Part shown: positions 4,756-5,301 of the stretch, piece after piece
Layout of the letters: every line of letters begins with the position of its first letter
Position numbering within the stretch: the first letter of the stretch is position 1
Source: PVC group bacterium
GTDB lineage: Bacteria > GCA-001730085 > JADFSZ01
NCBI GenBank assembly: GCA_022560555.1
Contig: JADFSZ010000123.1
Coordinates: 1 to 5,301, forward strand
Direction: 5' to 3'
DNA: 5,301 nucleotides
The notes under the pieces: generated by a model
Seen by the model: the letters and a program-made list of their open reading frames with translations, nothing else
Database searches by the model: none
Told to the model about the DNA's origin: nothing
Program-made: the position numbers and the translations under genes

Positions 4756-5301
4756 ATGTCTTTTGTCAACAGAGATAGAGCCGGGACACTATTCGGCTGG
4801 CTGGCCGTTTTGGTGTCCGTCATTTATTTAGCCGAATATGGCAAAAATGACCTTGTTTTGTGGCTCATAATGATCCTTGTTGGGCGCCTTGGGTTTGTTC
4901 TGACCGTAATATGCTTTTTTATGGCCGCGTTATCTTTAGGGAAATGGATTTTAAAAATTTCCTTCCTCAATATTAATACCCCTATGCTTCCCAAAAATAT
5001 GATCAGCTTAGGGATCGGTCTCTGGGCCGTTTCCTGGATTATTTTAATAGCCGGCTCATGTGGATTGATTCATAAGCATACTTATCTTTGGGTTGTGCTT
5101 GTTGTGGGGGGTTGGGAATTGTTTTGCCAAGCAAAAGCATTTATTCAAAACCGTTTGTGGAGTTTGGACATAACAATCCAACCCAAGAATGCCTTGATTT
5201 TTGGAGTTTTAGTTTTTATGGGAGGTCTTATTATCTGGGGGGCGTTTTTGCCGCCGCTTACCTATGACGGACTCGAGTATCATCTCGGGGCTCCTATGCA
5301 A
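4756..5301 (+). CDS. 5' part (182 codons, open at the window end) of a polytopic membrane protein; a GT-C-like loop motif suggests another lipid-carrier-dependent glycosyltransferase
   Basis: ATG at 4756 is the first start after an in-frame TAA at 4729-4731, and the frame stays open to base 5301. It is absent from the ORF track because it has no stop. The translation is MSFVNRDRAGTLFGWLAVLVSVIYLAEYGKNDLVLWLIMILVGRLGFVLTVICFFMAALSLGKWILKISFLNINTPMLPKNMISLGIGLWAVSWIILIAGSCGLIHKHTYLWVVLVVGGWELFCQAKAFIQNRLWSLDITIQPKNALIFGVLVFMGGLIIWGAFLPPLTYDGLEYHLGAPMQ. It contains about five hydrophobic helices. The final helix plus PPLTYDGLEYHLGAP resembles, from memory, the first helix and loop of PMT_2/GT39-like membrane proteins. 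Coding status is well supported; function is tentative. Confidence 0.7.
   Translation, partial: MSFVNRDRAGTLFGWLAVLVSVIYLAEYGKNDLVLWLIMILVGRLGFVLTVICFFMAALSLGKWILKISFLNINTPMLPKNMISLGIGLWAVSWIILIAGSCGLIHKHTYLWVVLVVGGWELFCQAKAFIQNRLWSLDITIQPKNALIFGVLVFMGGLIIWGAFLPPLTYDGLEYHLGAPMQ

Noticed and set aside
1-5301. Search for mobile-element ends, transposase or integrase motifs, CRISPR repeats, tRNA/rRNA-like structure, long direct or inverted repeats, and frameshifted pseudogenes
   Set aside because: None was found by eye. All four large ORFs are intact and nearly contiguous. Composition appears uniform across the window, and the only notable structures are the terminator (212-248) and the short hairpin (2230-2247).

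Overview
This window reads as a compact cell-envelope glycosylation locus from a moderately AT-rich bacterium. One family-specific motif suggests the PVC group (Planctomycetota/Verrucomicrobiota/Lentisphaerota) or a relative. Five coding regions fill almost all of it. (1) 1-165 (+) is the 3' end of a prepilin-type (pseudopilin-like) protein with an exact H-X9-DG motif, followed by a clean intrinsic terminator and a near-consensus sigma70-type promoter. (2) 346-2268 (+) encodes a 640-aa polytopic membrane protein of the O-antigen ligase/polymerase (Wzy_C) family, fused to about four C-terminal TPR repeats. (3) 2258-3709 (-) encodes a 483-aa GT-C-fold (ArnT/PMT/YfhO-like) membrane glycosyltransferase. 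(4) 3706-4686 (-) encodes a GT2 polyprenyl-phosphate sugar synthase of GtrB/ArnC/DPM1 type, whose stop overlaps the GT-C start in ATGA. (5) 4756-5301 (+, runs off the window) is the 5' part of another polytopic membrane protein carrying a GT-C-like loop motif. I found no rRNA, tRNA, CRISPR array, transposase or long repeat. Nothing here is demonstrably a new system. The main hypothesis worth testing is that a pilin-like gene, a Wzy_C-TPR enzyme and a lipid-carrier-dependent GT2/GT-C pair together form a periplasmic protein or envelope glycosylation module. Known precedents are pilA-tfpO, tfpW, GtrB/GtrC and CsbB/YfhO. All functional calls rest on motif recognition by eye; no database or HMM search could be run.
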